Positions 40,901 to 56,600 of a DNA stretch of 64,000 nt are shown in pieces. Each line of letters opens with the position of its first letter. Positions within the stretch are counted from its first letter, which is position 1. Below the pieces are notes generated by a model. That model searched no databases and was not told the DNA's origin. It worked only from the letters and a program-made list of their open reading frames with translations. This DNA is from Eledone cirrhosa (Eukaryota), in assembly GCA_964016885.1 (NCBI GenBank), contig OZ024741.1:7440001-7504000 (forward strand), in the 5' to 3' direction. Made by a program: the position numbers and the translations under genes.

Positions 40901-43040
40901 GGCCATTGCTTCCCTCCCGACTCCATTTAAGGATGGTCGGGGACACTGCTGCACACCCGACTACATTTAAGCATGGTCGGGGACATTGCTTCCCACCCGA
41001 CTCCATTTAAGGATGGTCGGGGACATTGCTTCCCACCCGACTATATTTAAGGATGGTCGGGGACTCTGCTTTCCTCCCGACTCCATTTAAGCATGGTCGG
41101 GGACATTGCTTCCCACCCGACTCCATTTAAGGATGGTCGGGGACACTGCTTCCCACCCGACTCCATTTAAGCATGGTCGGGGACATTGCTTCCCACCCGA
41201 CTACATTTAAGGATGGTCGGGGACTCTGCTTTCCTCCCGACTCCATTTAAGGATGGTCGGGGACATTGCTTCCCACCCGACTCCATTTAAGGATGGTCGG
41301 GGACATTGCTTCCCACCCGACTCCATTTAATGAAAGTCGGGGTCTCTGCTTTTCACCCGACTCCATTTAAGGATGGTCGGGGACTCTGCTTCCCACCCGA
41401 CTCCATTTAAGTATTGTCGGGGACACTGCTTCCCATCCGACTCCATTTAAGGATGGTCTGGGACACTGCTGCACACCCGACTCCATTTAAGGATGTTCGG
41501 GGACATTGCTTCCCACCGGACTCCATTTAAGAATGGTCGGGGACATTGTTTCCCACCCGACTCATTTAAGGATGGTCGGTGACACTGCTTCCCACCCGAC
41601 TCATTTAAGGATAGTCGGGGACATTGCTTTCCACCCGACTCCACTTAAGGATGTTCGGGGACATGGCTTCCCACCCGTCTCCATTTAAGGATGGTCGGGG
41701 ACTCTGATTCCCACCCGACTCCATTTAAGCATGGTCGGGGACATTGCTTCCCACCCGACTCCATTTAAGGATGGTCGGGGACTCTGCTTCCCACCCGTCT
41801 CCATTTAAGCATGGTCGGGGACATTGCTTCCCACCCGACTACATTTAAGGATGGTCGGGGACATTGCTTCCTACCCGACTCCATTTAAGGATGGTCGGGG
41901 ACACTGCTTCCCACCCGACTACATTTAAGCATGGTCGGGGACATTGCTTCCCACCCGACTACATTTAAGGATGGTCGGGGACATTGCTTCTCACCCGACT
42001 CCATTTAAGGATGGTCGTGGACACCGCTTCTCACCCGACTCCATTTAAGGATGGTTGGGGATATTGCTTCCAACCCGACTCCATTTAAGGATGGTCGGGG
42101 ACATTGCTTCCCACCGACTCCATTTAAGGATGGTCGGGGACATTGCTTCCCACCCGACTCCATTTAATGAAAGTCGGGGTCTCTGCTTTTCACCCGACTC
42201 CATTTAAGTATTGTCGGGGACACTGCTTCCCATCCGACTCCATTTAAGGATGGTCTGGGACACTGCTGCACACCCGACCCCATTTAAGGATAGCTGGGGA
42301 CACTGCTGCACACCCGACTCCATTTAAGGATGTTCGGGGACATTGCTTCCCACCGGACTCCATTTAAGAATGGTCGGGGACATTGTTTCCCACCCGACTC
42401 CATATAAGGATGGTCGGTGACACTGCTTCCCACCCGACTCCATTTAAGGATGGTCGGGTACGTTGCTTCCCACCCGACTCCATTTATGGATGGTCGGGGA
42501 CATTGCTTCTCACCCGACTCCATTTAAGGATGGTCGGGTACATTGATTCCCACCCGACTCCATTTAAGTATGGTCGAGGACACTGCTTCACACCCGACTC
42601 CATTTAAGGATGGTCGGGGACACTGCTTCCCACCCGACCCCATTTAAGAATGGTCGTGGACACTGCTTACCAGCCGACTACATTTAAGAATGGTCGGGGA
42701 CACTGCTTCCCACCCGACTACATTTAAGAATGGTCGGGGACACTGCTTCCTACCCGACTCCATTTAAGGATGGTCGGGGACATTTCTCCCCACCCGACTC
42801 CATTTAAGGATGGTCGGGGCCACTGCTTCCCAACGATTCTATTTAAGGATGGTCGTGGACATTGCTTCCCACCCGACTCCATTTTAGAATGGTCGGGGAC
42901 ATTGCTTCCCACCCGACTCCATTTGAGGATGGTCAGGGACACTGCTTCCCACTTGACACCATTTAAGGATGGTTGGGGACACTGTTTCCCACCCGACTCC
43001 ATTTAAGGATGGTCGAGGACATCGCTTCCATCCCGACTCC
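36770..43040. repeat. Tandem duplication of a 3154-bp (79-monomer) unit, junction near 39880
   Basis: Identical ORFs at 37592/40746, 38293/41447, 39130/42284 and 39570/42724, all offset 3154. ccattaaagg at 36771/39885 marks the start. Confidence 0.92.
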
Positions 43041-43859
43041 ATTTAAGGATCGTCGGGGACACTGCTTCCCACCCGACTCCATTTAAGGATGGTCGGGGAC
43101 ACTGCTTCCCACCCGACTCCATTTAAGGATGGTCGGGGACACTGGTTATCACCCGACTCCATTTAAGGATGGTCTGGGACACTGCTGCACACCCGACTCC
43201 ATTTAAGTATGGTCGGGGACACTGCTTCCCACCCGACTCCATTTAAGGATGGTCGGGGACACTGGTTATCACCCGACTCCATTTAAGGATCGTCGGGGAC
43301 ACTGCTTCCCACCCGACACCATTTAAGGATGGTCGGGGACTCTGCTTCCCAGCCGACTCCATTTAAGGATGGTCGGGGACATTGCTTCCCTTCCGACTCC
43401 ATTTAAGGATGGTCGAGGACATCGCTTCCCTTCCGACTCCATTTAAGGATGGTCGGGGACATTGCTTCCCACTCGACTCCATTTGACGATGGTCGGGGAC
43501 ATTGCTTCCCACCCGACTCCATTTAAGGATGGGCGGGGACACTGCTTCCCACCCGACTCCATTTAAGGATGGTCGTGGACACTGCTTCCCACCCGACTCC
43601 ATTTAAGTATGGTCGGGGACACTGCTTCCCAGCCGACTCCATTTAAGGATGGTCGAGGACATCGCTTCCCTTCCGACTCCATTTAAGGATGGTCGAGGAC
43701 ATCGCTTCCCTTCCGACTCCATTTGACGATGGTTGGGGACATTGCTTCCCATCCGACTACATTTAAGGATGGTCGGGGACTCTGCTTCCCACCCGACTCC
43801 ATTTAAGGATGGTCGGGGACATTGCTTCCCTCCCGACTCCATTTAATGATGCTCAGGGA

Positions 43860-44300
43860 CATTGCTTCCCACCCGACTACATTTAAGGATGGTCGGGGAC
43901 TCTGCTTTCCTCCCGACTCCATTTAAGGATGGTCGGGGACATTGCTTCCCACCCGACTACATTTAAGGATGGTCGGGGACTCTGCTTTCCTCCCGACTCC
44001 ATTTAAGGATGGTCGGGGACATTGCTTCCCACCCGACTCCATTTAAGGATGGTCGGGGACATTGCTTCCCACCCGACTACATTTAAGGATGGTCGGGGAC
44101 TCTGCTTTCCTCCCGACTCCATTTAAGGATGGTCGGGGACATTGCTTCCCACCCGACTACATTTAAGGATGGTCGGGGACTCTGCTTTCCTCCCGACTCC
44201 ATTTAAGGATGGTCGGGGACATTGCTTCCCACCCGACTACATTTAAGGATGGTCGGGGACTCTGCTTTCCTCCCGACTCCATTTAAGGATGGTCGGGGAC
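43860..44300. repeat. Local 80-bp dimeric higher-order repeat (ATTGCTTCCCACCCGACTAC / TCTGCTTTCCTCCCGACTCC), about 5 dimers; copied at about 55240-55680 and 60470-60910
   Basis: Two variant monomers alternate, interrupted by one consensus-type monomer near 44000-44040. Confidence 0.85.
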
Positions 44301-45249
44301 ATTGCTTCCCACACGACTCCATTTAAGTATGGTCGGGGACACTGCTTCCCACCCGACTCCATTTAAGGATGGTCGGGGACACTGCTTCCCACCCGACTCC
44401 ATTTAAGGATGGTCTGGGACACTGCTTCCCACCCGACTCCATTTAAGGATGGTCGGGGACACTGCTTCCCACCCGACTGCATTTTAGTATGGTCGGGGAC
44501 ACTGCTTCCCACCCGACTCCATTTAAGGATGGTCGGGGACACTGCTTCCCACCCGACTGCATTTTAGTATGGTCGGGGACACTGCTTCCCACCCGACTCC
44601 ATTTAAGGATGGTCGGGGACACTGCTTCTCACGCGACTCCTTTTAAGGATTGTCGGGGACACTGCTTCCCACCCGACTCCTTTTAAGGATGGTCTGGGAC
44701 ACTGCTTCCCACCCGACTCCATTTAAGGATGGTCGGGGACACTGCTTTCCACCCGACTGCATTTTAGTATGGTCGGGGACACTGCTTCCCACCCGACTCC
44801 ATTTAAGGATGGTCGGGGACACTGCTTCTCACCCGACTCCTTTTAAGGATTGTCGGGGACACTGCTTCCCACCCGACACCATTTAAGATTGGTTGGGGAT
44901 ATTGCTTCCCACCCGATTCCATTCAAGGATGGTCCGGGACATTGCTTCCCACCCGACTCCTTTTAAGGATTGTCGGGTACACTGCTTCCCACCCGACTCC
45001 ATTTAAGGGTGTTCGGCGATCTGCATTCCACCCGACTCCATTTAAGGATGGTCGGGGACACTGCTTCCCACCCGACTCCATTTAAGGATGGTCGGGGACA
45101 TTGCTTCCCACCGACTCCATTTAAGGATGGTCGAGGACATCGCTTCCCTTCCGACTCCATTTAAGGATGGTCGGGGACATTGCTTCCCACTCGACTCCAT
45201 TTGACGATGGTTGGGGACATTGCTTCCCACCCGACTCCATTTAAGTATG

Positions 45250-48120
45250 GTCGGGGACACTGCTTCCCATCCGACTCCATTTAAGGATGGTCGGGGACAC
45301 TGCTTCCCACCCGACTCCATTTAAGGATGGTCGGGTCATTGCTTCCCTCCCAACTCCATTTAATGATGCTCAGGGACATTGCTTCCTACCCGACTCCATT
45401 TAAGGATGGTCGGGGACATTGCTTCCCACCCGACTCCATTTAAGGATGGTCGGGGACACTGCTTCCCACCCGACTCCATTTAAGGATGGTCGGGGACACT
45501 GCTTCCCACCCGACTCCATTTAAGGATGGTCGGGGACATTGCTTCCCACCGACTCCATTTAAGGATGGTCGGGGACACTGCTTCCCACCCGACTCCATTT
45601 AAGGATGGTCGGGGACATTGCTTCCTGCCCGACTCCATTTAAGGATGGTCGGGGACATTGCTTCCCACCGACTCCATTTAAGGATGGTCGGAGACATTGC
45701 TTTCCACCCGACTCCATTTAAGGATGGTCGGGGACATTGCTTCCCACCCGAATCCATTTAAGGATGGTCGGGGACATTGCTTCCTACCCGACTCCATTTA
45801 AGGATGGTCGGGGACATTGCTTCCCACCCGACTCCATTTAAGGATGGTCTGGGACATTGCTTCCCACCCGACTCCATTTAAGGATGGTCGGGGACATTGC
45901 TTCCCACCCGACTCCATTTAAGGATGGTCGGGGACATTGCTTCCCACCCGACTCCATTTAAGGATGGTCGGGGACATTGCTTCCCACCCGACTCCATTTA
46001 AGGATGGTCGGGGACATTGCTTCCCACCCGACTACATTTAAGGATGGTCGGGGACTCTGCTTTCCTCCCGACTCCATTTAAGGATGGTCGGGGACATTGC
46101 TTCCCACCCGACTCCATTTAAGGATGGTCGGGGACATTGCTTCCCACCCGACTACATTTAAGGATGGTCGAGGACTCTGCTTTCCTCCCGACTCCATTTA
46201 AGGATGGTCGGGGACATTGCTTCCCAACCGACTTCATTTAAGGATGGTCGGGGACATTGCTTCCCACCCGACTCCATTTAAGGATGGTCGGGGACATTGC
46301 TTCCCACCCGACTGCATTTTAGTATGGTCGGGGACACTGCTTCCCACCCGACTCCATTTAAGGATGGTCGGGGACACTGCTTCCCACCCGACTCCATTTA
46401 AGGATGGTCTGGGACACTGCTTCCCACCCGACTCCATTTAAGGATGGTCGGGGACACTGCTTTCCACCCGACTGCATTTTAGTATGGTCGGGGACACTGC
46501 TTCCCACCCGACTCCATTTAAGGATGGTCGGGGACACTGCTTCCCACCCGACTGCATTTAATATGGTCGGGGACACTGCTTCCCACCCGACTCCATTTAA
46601 GGATGGTCGGGGACACTGCTTCCCACCCGACTCCATTTAAGGATGGTCTGGGACACTGCTTCCCACCCGACTCCATTTAAGGATGGTCGGGGACACTGCT
46701 TCCCATCCGACTCCATTTAAGGATGGTCGGGGACACTGCTTCCCACCCGACTCCATTTAAGGATGGTCGGGTCATTGCTTCCCTCCCAACTCCATTTAAT
46801 GATGCTCAGGGACATTGCTTCCTACCCGACTCCATTTAAGGATGGTCGGGGACATTGCTTCCCACCCGACTCCATTTAAGGATGGTCGGGGACACTGCTT
46901 CCCACCCGACTCCATTTAAGGATGGTCGGGGACACTGCTTCCCACCCGACTCCATTTAAGGATGGTCGGGGACATTGCTTCCCACCGACTCCATTTAAGG
47001 ATGGTCGGGGACACTGCTTCCCACCCGACTCCATTTAAGGATGGTCGGGGACATTGCTTCCTGCCCGACTCCATTTAAGGATGGTCGGGGACATTGCTTC
47101 CCACCGACTCCATTTAAGGATGGTCGGAGACATTGCTTTCCACCCGACTCCATTTAAGGATGGTCGGGGACATTGCTTCCCACCCGACTCCATTTAAGGA
47201 TGGTCGGGGACATTGCTTCCTACCCGACTCCATTTAAGGATGGTCGGGGACATTGCTTCCCACCCGACTCCATTTAAGGATGGTCTGGGACATTGCTTCC
47301 CACCCGACTCCATTTAAGGATGGTCGGGGACATTGCTTCCCACCCGACTCCATTTAAGGATGGTCGGGGACATTGCTTCCCACCCGACTCCATTTAAGGA
47401 TGGTCGGGGACATTGCTTCCCACCCGACTCCATTTAAGGATGGTCGGGGACATTGCTTCCCACCCGACTACATTTAAGGATGGTCGGGGACTCTGCTTTC
47501 CTCCCGACTCCATTTAAGGATGGTCGGGGACATTGCTTCCCACCCGACTCCATTTAAGGATGGTCGGGGACATTGCTTCCCACCCGACTACATTTAAGGA
47601 TGGTCGAGGACTCTGCTTTCCTCCCGACTCCATTTAAGGATGGTCGGGGACATTGCTTCCCAACCGACTTCATTTAAGGATGGTCGGGGACATTGCTTCC
47701 CACCCGACTCCATTTAAGGATGGTCGGGGACATTGCTTCCCACCCGACTGCATTTTAGTATGGTCGGGGACACTGCTTCCCACCCGACTCCATTTAAGGA
47801 TGGTCGGGGACACTGCTTCCCACCCGACTCCATTTAAGGATGGTCTGGGACACTGCTTCCCACCCGACTCCATTTAAGGATGGTCGGGGACACTGCTTTC
47901 CACCCGACTGCATTTTAGTATGGTCGGGGACACTGCTTCCCACCCGACTCCATTTAAGGATGGTCGGGGACACTGCTTCCCACCCGACTGCATTTAATAT
48001 GGTCGGGGACACTGCTTCCCACCCGACTCCATTTAAGGATGGTCGGGGACACTGCTTCCCACCCGACTCCATTTAAGGATGGTCTGGGACACTGCTTCCC
48101 ACCCGACTCCATTTAAGGAT
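45250..48120. repeat. Tandem duplication of a 1436-bp (36-monomer) unit
   Basis: Identical ORFs at 46217/47653 and 46358/47794. The marker gggtcattgcttccctcccaac-taatgatgctcagg occurs near 45333/46769. Confidence 0.9.
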
Positions 48121-50604
48121 GGTCGGGGTCACTGCTTTCCACCCGACTGCATTTTAGTATGGTCGGGGACACTGCTTCCCACCCGACTCCATTTAAGGAT
48201 GGTCGGGGACACTGCTTCCCACCCGACTGCATTTTAGTATGGTCGGGGACACTGCTTCCCACCCGACTCCATTTAAGGATGGTCGGGGACACTGCTTCTC
48301 ACCCGACTCCTTTTAAGGATTGTCGGGGACACTGCTTCCCACCCGACTCCTTTTAAGGATGGTCTGGGACACTGCTTCCCACCCGACTCCATTTAAGGAT
48401 GGTCGGGGACACTGCTTTCCACCCGACTGCATTTTAGTATGGTCGGGGACACTGCTTCCCACCCGACTCCATTTAAGGATGGTCGGGGACACTGCTTCCC
48501 ACCCGACTGCATTTTAGTATGGTCGGGGACACTGCTTCCCACCCGACTCCATTTAAGGATGGTCGGGGACACTGCTTCTCACCCGACTCCTTTTAAGGAT
48601 TGTCGGGGACACTGCTTCCCACCCGACACCATTTAAGTTTGGTTGGGGATATTGCTTCCCACCCGACTCCATTCAAGGATGGTCCGGGACATTGCTTCCC
48701 ACCCGACTTCTTTTAAGGATTGTCGGGTACACTGCTTCCCACCCGACTCCATTTAAGGGTGTTCGGCGAGTCTGCATTCCACCAGACTCCATTTAAGGAT
48801 GGTCGGGGACACTGCTTCCCACCCGACTCCATTTAAGGATGGTCGGGGACATTGCTTCCCACCGACTCCATTTAAGGATGGTCGGGGACACTGCTTCCCA
48901 CCCGACTCCATTTAAGAATGGTCGGGGACACTGCTTCCCACCCGACTCCATTTAAGGATGGTCGTGGACACTGCTTCCCACCCGACTCCATTTAAGTATG
49001 GTCGGGGACACTGCTTCCCACCCGACTCCATTTAAGGATGGTCGGGGACACTGCTTCTCACCCGACTCCTTTTAAGGATTGTCGGGGACACTGCTTCCCA
49101 CCCGACACCATTTAAGTTTGGTTGGGGATATTGCTTCCCACCCGACTCCATTCAAGGGTGGTCCGGGACATTGCTTCCCACCCGACTTCTTTTAAGGATT
49201 GTCGGGTACACTGCTTCCCACCCGACTCCATTTAAGGGTGTTCGGCGAGTCTGCATTCCACCCGACTCCATTTAAGGATGGTCGGGGACACTGCTTCCCA
49301 CCCGACTCCATTTAAGGATGGTCGGGGACATTGCTTCCCACCCGACTCCATTTAAGGATGGTCGGGTACGTTGCTTCCCACCCGAATCCATTTATGGATG
49401 GTCGGGGACATTGCTTCTCACACGACTCCATTTAAGGATGGTCGGGTACATTGATTCCCACCCGACTCCATTTAAGTATGGTCGGGGACACTGCTTCCCA
49501 CCCGACTCCATTTAAGGATGGTCGGGGACACTGCTTCCCACCCGACCCCATTTAAGAATGGTCGTGGACACTGCTTACCAGCCGACTACATTTAAGAATG
49601 GTCGGGGACACTGCTTCCCACCCGACTACATTTAAGAATGGTCGGGGACACTGCTTCCTACCCGACTCCATTTAAGGATGGTCGGGGACATTTCTCCCCA
49701 CCCGACTCCATTTAAGGATGGTCGGGGCCACTGCTTCCCAACGATTCTATTTAAGGATGGTCGTGGACATTGCTTCCCACCCGACTCCATTTTAGAATGG
49801 TCGGGGACATTGCTTCCCACCCGACTCCATTTGAGGATGGTCAGGGACACTGCTTCCCACTTGACACCATTTAAGGATGGTTGGGGACACTGTTTCCCAC
49901 CCGACTCTATTTAAGGATGGTCGAGGACATCGCTTCCCTCCCGACTCCATTTAAGGATCGTCGGGGACACTGCTTCCCACCCGACTCCATTTAAGGGTGG
50001 TCGGGGACACTGGTTATCACCTGACTCCATTTAAGGATGGTCTGGGACACTGCTGCACACCCGACTCCATTTAAGTATGGTCGGGGACACTGCTTCCCAC
50101 CCGACTCCATTTAAGGATGGTCGGGGACACTGCTTCCCACCCGACTCCATTTAAGGATGGTCGGGGACACTGGTTATCACCCGACTCTATTTAAGGATCG
50201 TCGGGGACACTGCTTCCCACCCGACTCCATTTAAGGATGGTCGGGGACTCTGCTTCCCAGCCGACTCCATTTAAGGATGGTCGGGGACATTGCTTCCCTT
50301 CCGACTCCATTTAAGGATGGTCGAGGACATCGCTTCCCTTCCGACTCCATTTAAGGATGGTCGAGGACATCGCTTCCCTTCCGACTCCATTTAAGGATGG
50401 TCGAGGACATTGCTTCCCACTCGACTCCATTTGACGATGGTCGGGGACATTGCTTCCCACCCGACTCCATTTAAGGATGGTCGGGGACACTGCTTCCCAC
50501 CCGACTCCATTTAAGGATGGTCGTGGACACTGCTTCCCACCCGACTCCATTTAAGTATGGTCGGGGACACTGCTTCCCAGCCGACTCCATTTAAGGATGG
50601 TCGA

Positions 50605-53600
50605 GGACATCGCTTCCCTTCCGACTCCATTTAAGGATGGTCGGGGACATTGCTTCCCACTCGACTCCATTTGACGATGGTTGGGGACATTGCTTCCCAT
50701 CCGACTCCATTTAAGGATGGTCGGGGACACTGCTTCCCACCCGACTCCATTTAAGGATGGTCGGGGCATTGCTTCCCTCCCGACTCCATTTAATGATGCT
50801 CAGGGACATTGCTTCCTACCCGACTCCATTTAAGGATGGTCGGGGACATTGCTTCCCACCGGACTCCATTTAAGGATGGTCGGGGACACTGCTTCCCACC
50901 CGACTCCATTTAAGGATGGTCGGGGACACTGCTTCCCGCCCGACTCCATTTAAGGATGGTCGGGGACATTGCTTCCCACCCGACTCCATTTAAGGATGGT
51001 CGGGGACACTGCTTCCCACCCGACTCCATTTAAAGATGGTCAGGGACATTGCTTCCCACCCGACTCCATTTAAGGATGGTCGGGGACACTGCTTCCCACC
51101 CGACTCCATTTAAGGATGGTCGGGGACACTGCTTCCCACCCGACTGCATTTTAGTATGGTCGGGGACACTGCTTCCCACCCGACTCCATTTAAGGATGGT
51201 CGGGGACACTGCTTCTCACGCGACTCCTTTTAAGGATTGTCGGGGACACTGCTTCCCACCCGACTCCTTTTAAGGATGGTCTGGGACACTGCTTCCCACC
51301 CGACTCCATTTAAGGATGGTCGGGGACACTGCTTTCCACCCGACTGCATTTTAGTATGGTCGGGGACACTGCTTCCCACCCGACTCCATTTAAGGATGGT
51401 CGGGGACACTGCTTCCTATCCGACTGCATTTTAGTATGGTCGGGGACACTGCTTCCCACCCGACTCCATTTAAGGATGGTCGGGGACACTGCTTCTCACC
51501 CGACTCCTTTTAAGGATTGTCGGGGACACTGCTTCCCACCCGACACCATTTAAGATTGGTTGGGGATATTGCTTCCCACCCGACTCCATTCAAGGATGGT
51601 CCGGGACATTGCTTCCCACCCGACTCCTTTTAAGGATTGTCGGGTACACTGCTTCCCACCCGACTCCATTTAAGGGTGTTCGGCGAGTCTGCATTCCACC
51701 CGACTCCATTTAAGGATGGTCGGGGACACTGCTTCCCACCCGACTCCATTTAAGGATGGTCGGGGACATTGCTTCCCACCGACTCCATTTAAGGATGGTC
51801 GAGGACATCGCTTCCCTTCCGACTCCATTTAAGGATGGTCGGGGACATTGCTTCCCACTCGACTCCATTTGACGATGGTTGGGGACATTGCTTCCCACCC
51901 GACTCCATTTAAGTATGGTCGGGGACACTGCTTCCCATCCGACTCCATTTAAGGATGGTCGGGGACACTGCTTCCCACCCGACTCCATTTAAGGATGGTC
52001 GGGTCATTGCTTCCCTCCCAACTCCATTTAATGATGCTCAGGGACATTGCTTCCTACCCGACTCCATTTAAGGATGGTCGGGGACATTGCTTCCCACCCG
52101 ACTCCATTTAAGGATGGTCGGGGACACTGCTTCCCACCCGACTCCATTTAAGGATGGTCGGGGACACTGCTTCCCACCCGACTCCATTTAAGGATGGTCG
52201 GGGACACTGCTTCCCACCCGACTCCATTTAAGGATGGTCGGGGACACTGCTTCCTATCCGACTGCATTTTAGTATGGTCGGGGACACTGCTTCCCACCCG
52301 ACTCCATTTAAGGATGGTCGGGGACACTGCTTCTCACCCGACTCCTTTTAAGGATTGTCGGGGACACTGCTTCCCACCCGACACCATTTAAGATTGGTTG
52401 GGGATATTGCTTCCCACCCGACTCCATTCAAGGATGGTCCGAGACATTGCTTCCCACCCGACTCCTTTTAAGGATTGTCGGGTACACTGCTTCCCACCCG
52501 ACTCCATTTAAGGGTGTTCGGCGAGTCTGCATTCCACCCGACTCCATTTAAGGATGGTCGGGGACACTGCTTCCCACCCGACTCCATTTAAGGATGGTCG
52601 GGGACATTGCTTCCCACCGACTCCATTTAAGGATGGTCGAGGACATCGCTTCCCTTCCGACTCCATTTAAGGATGGTCGGGGACATTGCTTCCCACTCGA
52701 CTCCATTTGACGATGGTTGGGGACATTGCTTCCCACCCGACTCCATTTAAGTATGGTCGGGGACACTGCTTCCCATCCGACTCCATTTAAGGATGGTCGG
52801 GGACACTGCTTCCCACCCGACTCCATTTAAGGATGGTCGGGTCATTGCTTCCCTCCCAACTCCATTTAATGATGCTCAGGGACATTGCTTCCTACCCGAC
52901 TCCATTTAAGGATGGTCGGGGACATTGCTTCCCACCCGACTCCATTTAAGGATGGTCGGGGACACTGCTTCCCACCCGACTCCATTTAAGGATGGTCGGG
53001 GACACTGCTTCCCACCCGACTCCATTTAAGGATGGTCGGGGACATTGCTTCCCACCGACTCCATTTAAGGATGGTCGGGGACACTGCTTCCCACCCGACT
53101 CCATTTAAGGATGGTCGGGGACATTGCTTCCTGCCCGACTCCATTTAAGGATGGTCGGGGACATTGCTTCCCACCGACTCCATTTAAGGATGGTCGGAGA
53201 CATTGCTTTCCACCCGACTCCATTTAAGGATGGTCGGGGACATTGCTTCCTACCCGACTCCATTTAAGGATGGTCGGGGACACTGCTTCCCACCCGACTA
53301 CATTTAAGCATGGTCGGGGACATTGCTTCCCACCCGACTACATTTAAGGATGGTCGGGGACATTGCTTCTCACCCGACTCCATTTAAGGATGGTCGTGGA
53401 CACCGCTTCTCACCCGACTCCATTTAAGGATGGTTGGGGATATTGCTTCCAACCCGACTCCATTTAAGGATGGTCGGGGACATTGCTTCCCACCGACTCC
53501 ATTTAAGGATGGTCGGGGACATTGCTTCCCACCCGACTCCATTTAATGAAAGTCGGGGTCTCTGCTTTTCACCCGACTCCATTTAAGTATTGTCGGGGAC

Positions 53601-56600
53601 ACTGCTTCCCATCCGACTCCATTTAAGGATGGTCTGGGACACTGCTGCACACCCGACCCCATTTAAGGATAGCTGGGGACACTGCTGCACACCCGACTCC
53701 ATTTAAGGATGTTCGGGGACATTGCTTCCCACCGGACTCCATTTAAGAATGGTCGGGGACATTGTTTCCCACCCGACTCCATATAAGGATGGTCGGTGAC
53801 ACTGCTTCCCACCCGACTCCATTTAAGGATGGTCGGGTACGTTGCTTCCCACCCGACTCCATTTATGGATGGTCGGGGACATTGCTTCTCACCCGACTCC
53901 ATTTAAGGATGGTCGGGTACATTGATTCCCACCCGACTCCATTTAAGTATGGTCGAGGACACTGCTTCACACCCGACTCCATTTAAGGATGGTCGGGGAC
54001 ACTGCTTCCCACCCGACCCCATTTAAGAATGGTCGTGGACACTGCTTACCAGCCGACTACATTTAAGAATGGTCGGGGACACTGCTTCCCACCCGACTAC
54101 ATTTAAGAATGGTCGGGGACACTGCTTCCTACCCGACTCCATTTAAGGATGGTCGGGGACATTTCTCCCCACCCGACTCCATTTAAGGATGGTCGGGGCC
54201 ACTGCTTCCCAACGATTCTATTTAAGGATGGTCGTGGACATTGCTTCCCACCCGACTCCATTTTAGAATGGTCGGGGACATTGCTTCCCACCCGACTCCA
54301 TTTGAGGATGGTCAGGGACACTGCTTCCCACTTGACACCATTTAAGGATGGTTGGGGACACTGTTTCCCACCCGACTCCATTTAAGGATGGTCGAGGACA
54401 TCGCTTCCATCCCGACTCCATTTAAGGATCGTCGGGGACACTGCTTCCCACCCGACTCCATTTAAGGATGGTCGGGGACACTGCTTCCCACCCGACTCCA
54501 TTTAAGGATGGTCGGGGACACTGGTTATCACCCGACTCCATTTAAGGATGGTCTGGGACACTGCTGCACACCCGACTCCATTTAAGTATGGTCGGGGACA
54601 CTGCTTCCCACCCGACTCCATTTAAGGATGGTCGGGGACACTGGTTATCACCCGACTCCATTTAAGGATCGTCGGGGACACTGCTTCCCACCCGACACCA
54701 TTTAAGGATGGTCGGGGACTCTGCTTCCCAGCCGACTCCATTTAAGGATGGTCGGGGACATTGCTTCCCTTCCGACTCCATTTAAGGATGGTCGAGGACA
54801 TCGCTTCCCTTCCGACTCCATTTAAGGATGGTCGGGGACATTGCTTCCCACTCGACTCCATTTGACGATGGTCGGGGACATTGCTTCCCACCCGACTCCA
54901 TTTAAGGATGGGCGGGGACACTGCTTCCCACCCGACTCCATTTAAGGATGGTCGTGGACACTGCTTCCCACCCGACTCCATTTAAGTATGGTCGGGGACA
55001 CTGCTTCCCAGCCGACTCCATTTAAGGATGGTCGAGGACATCGCTTCCCTTCCGACTCCATTTAAGGATGGTCGAGGACATCGCTTCCCTTCCGACTCCA
55101 TTTGACGATGGTTGGGGACATTGCTTCCCATCCGACTACATTTAAGGATGGTCGGGGACTCTGCTTCCCACCCGACTCCATTTAAGGATGGTCGGGGACA
55201 TTGCTTCCCTCCCGACTCCATTTAATGATGCTCAGGGACATTGCTTCCCACCCGACTACATTTAAGGATGGTCGGGGACTCTGCTTTCCTCCCGACTCCA
55301 TTTAAGGATGGTCGGGGACATTGCTTCCCACCCGACTACATTTAAGGATGGTCGGGGACTCTGCTTTCCTCCCGACTCCATTTAAGGATGGTCGGGGACA
55401 TTGCTTCCCACCCGACTCCATTTAAGGATGGTCGGGGACATTGCTTCCCACCCGACTACATTTAAGGATGGTCGGGGACTCTGCTTTCCTCCCGACTCCA
55501 TTTAAGGATGGTCGGGGACATTGCTTCCCACCCGACTACATTTAAGGATGGTCGGGGACTCTGCTTTCCTCCCGACTCCATTTAAGGATGGTCGGGGACA
55601 TTGCTTCCCACCCGACTACATTTAAGGATGGTCGGGGACTCTGCTTTCCTCCCGACTCCATTTAAGGATGGTCGGGGACATTGCTTCCCACACGACTCCA
55701 TTTAAGTATGGTCGGGGACACTGCTTCCCACCCGACTCCATTTAAGGATGGTCGGGGACACTGCTTCCCACCCGACTCCATTTAAGGAAGGTCTGGGACA
55801 CTGCTTCCCACCCGACTCCATTTAAGGATGGTCGGGGACATCGCTTCCCTTCCGACTCCATTTAAGGATGGTCGGGGACATTGCTTCCCACTCGACTCCA
55901 TTTGACGATGGTTGGGGACATTGCTTCCCATCCGACTCCATTTAAGGATGGTCGGGGACACTGCTTCCCACCCGACTCCATTTAAGGATGGTCGGGGCAT
56001 TGCTTCCCTCCCGACTCCATTTAATGATGCTCAGGGACATTGCTTCCTACCCGACTCCATTTAAGGATGGTCGGGGACATTGCTTCCCACCGGACTCCAT
56101 TTAAGGATGGTCGGGGACACTGCTTCCCACCCGACTCCATTTAAGGATGGTCGGGGACACTGCTTCCCGCCCGACTCCATTTAAGGATGGTCGGGGACAT
56201 TGCTTCCCACCCGACTCCATTTAAGGATGGTCGGGGACACTGCTTCCCACCCGACTCCATTTAAAGATGGTCAGGGACATTGCTTCCCACCCGACTCCAT
56301 TTAAGGATGGTCGGGGACACTGCTTCCCACCCGACTCCATTTAAGGATGGTCGGGGACACTGCTTCCCACCCGACTGCATTTTAGTATGGTCGGGGACAC
56401 TGCTTCCCACCCGACTCCATTTAAGGATGGTCGGGGACACTGCTTCTCACGCGACTCCTTTTAAGGATTGTCGGGGACACTGCTTCCCACCCGACTCCTT
56501 TTAAGGATGGTCTGGGACACTGCTTCCCACCCGACTCCATTTAAGGATGGTCGGGGACACTGCTTTCCACCCGACTGCATTTTAGTATGGTCGGGGACAC

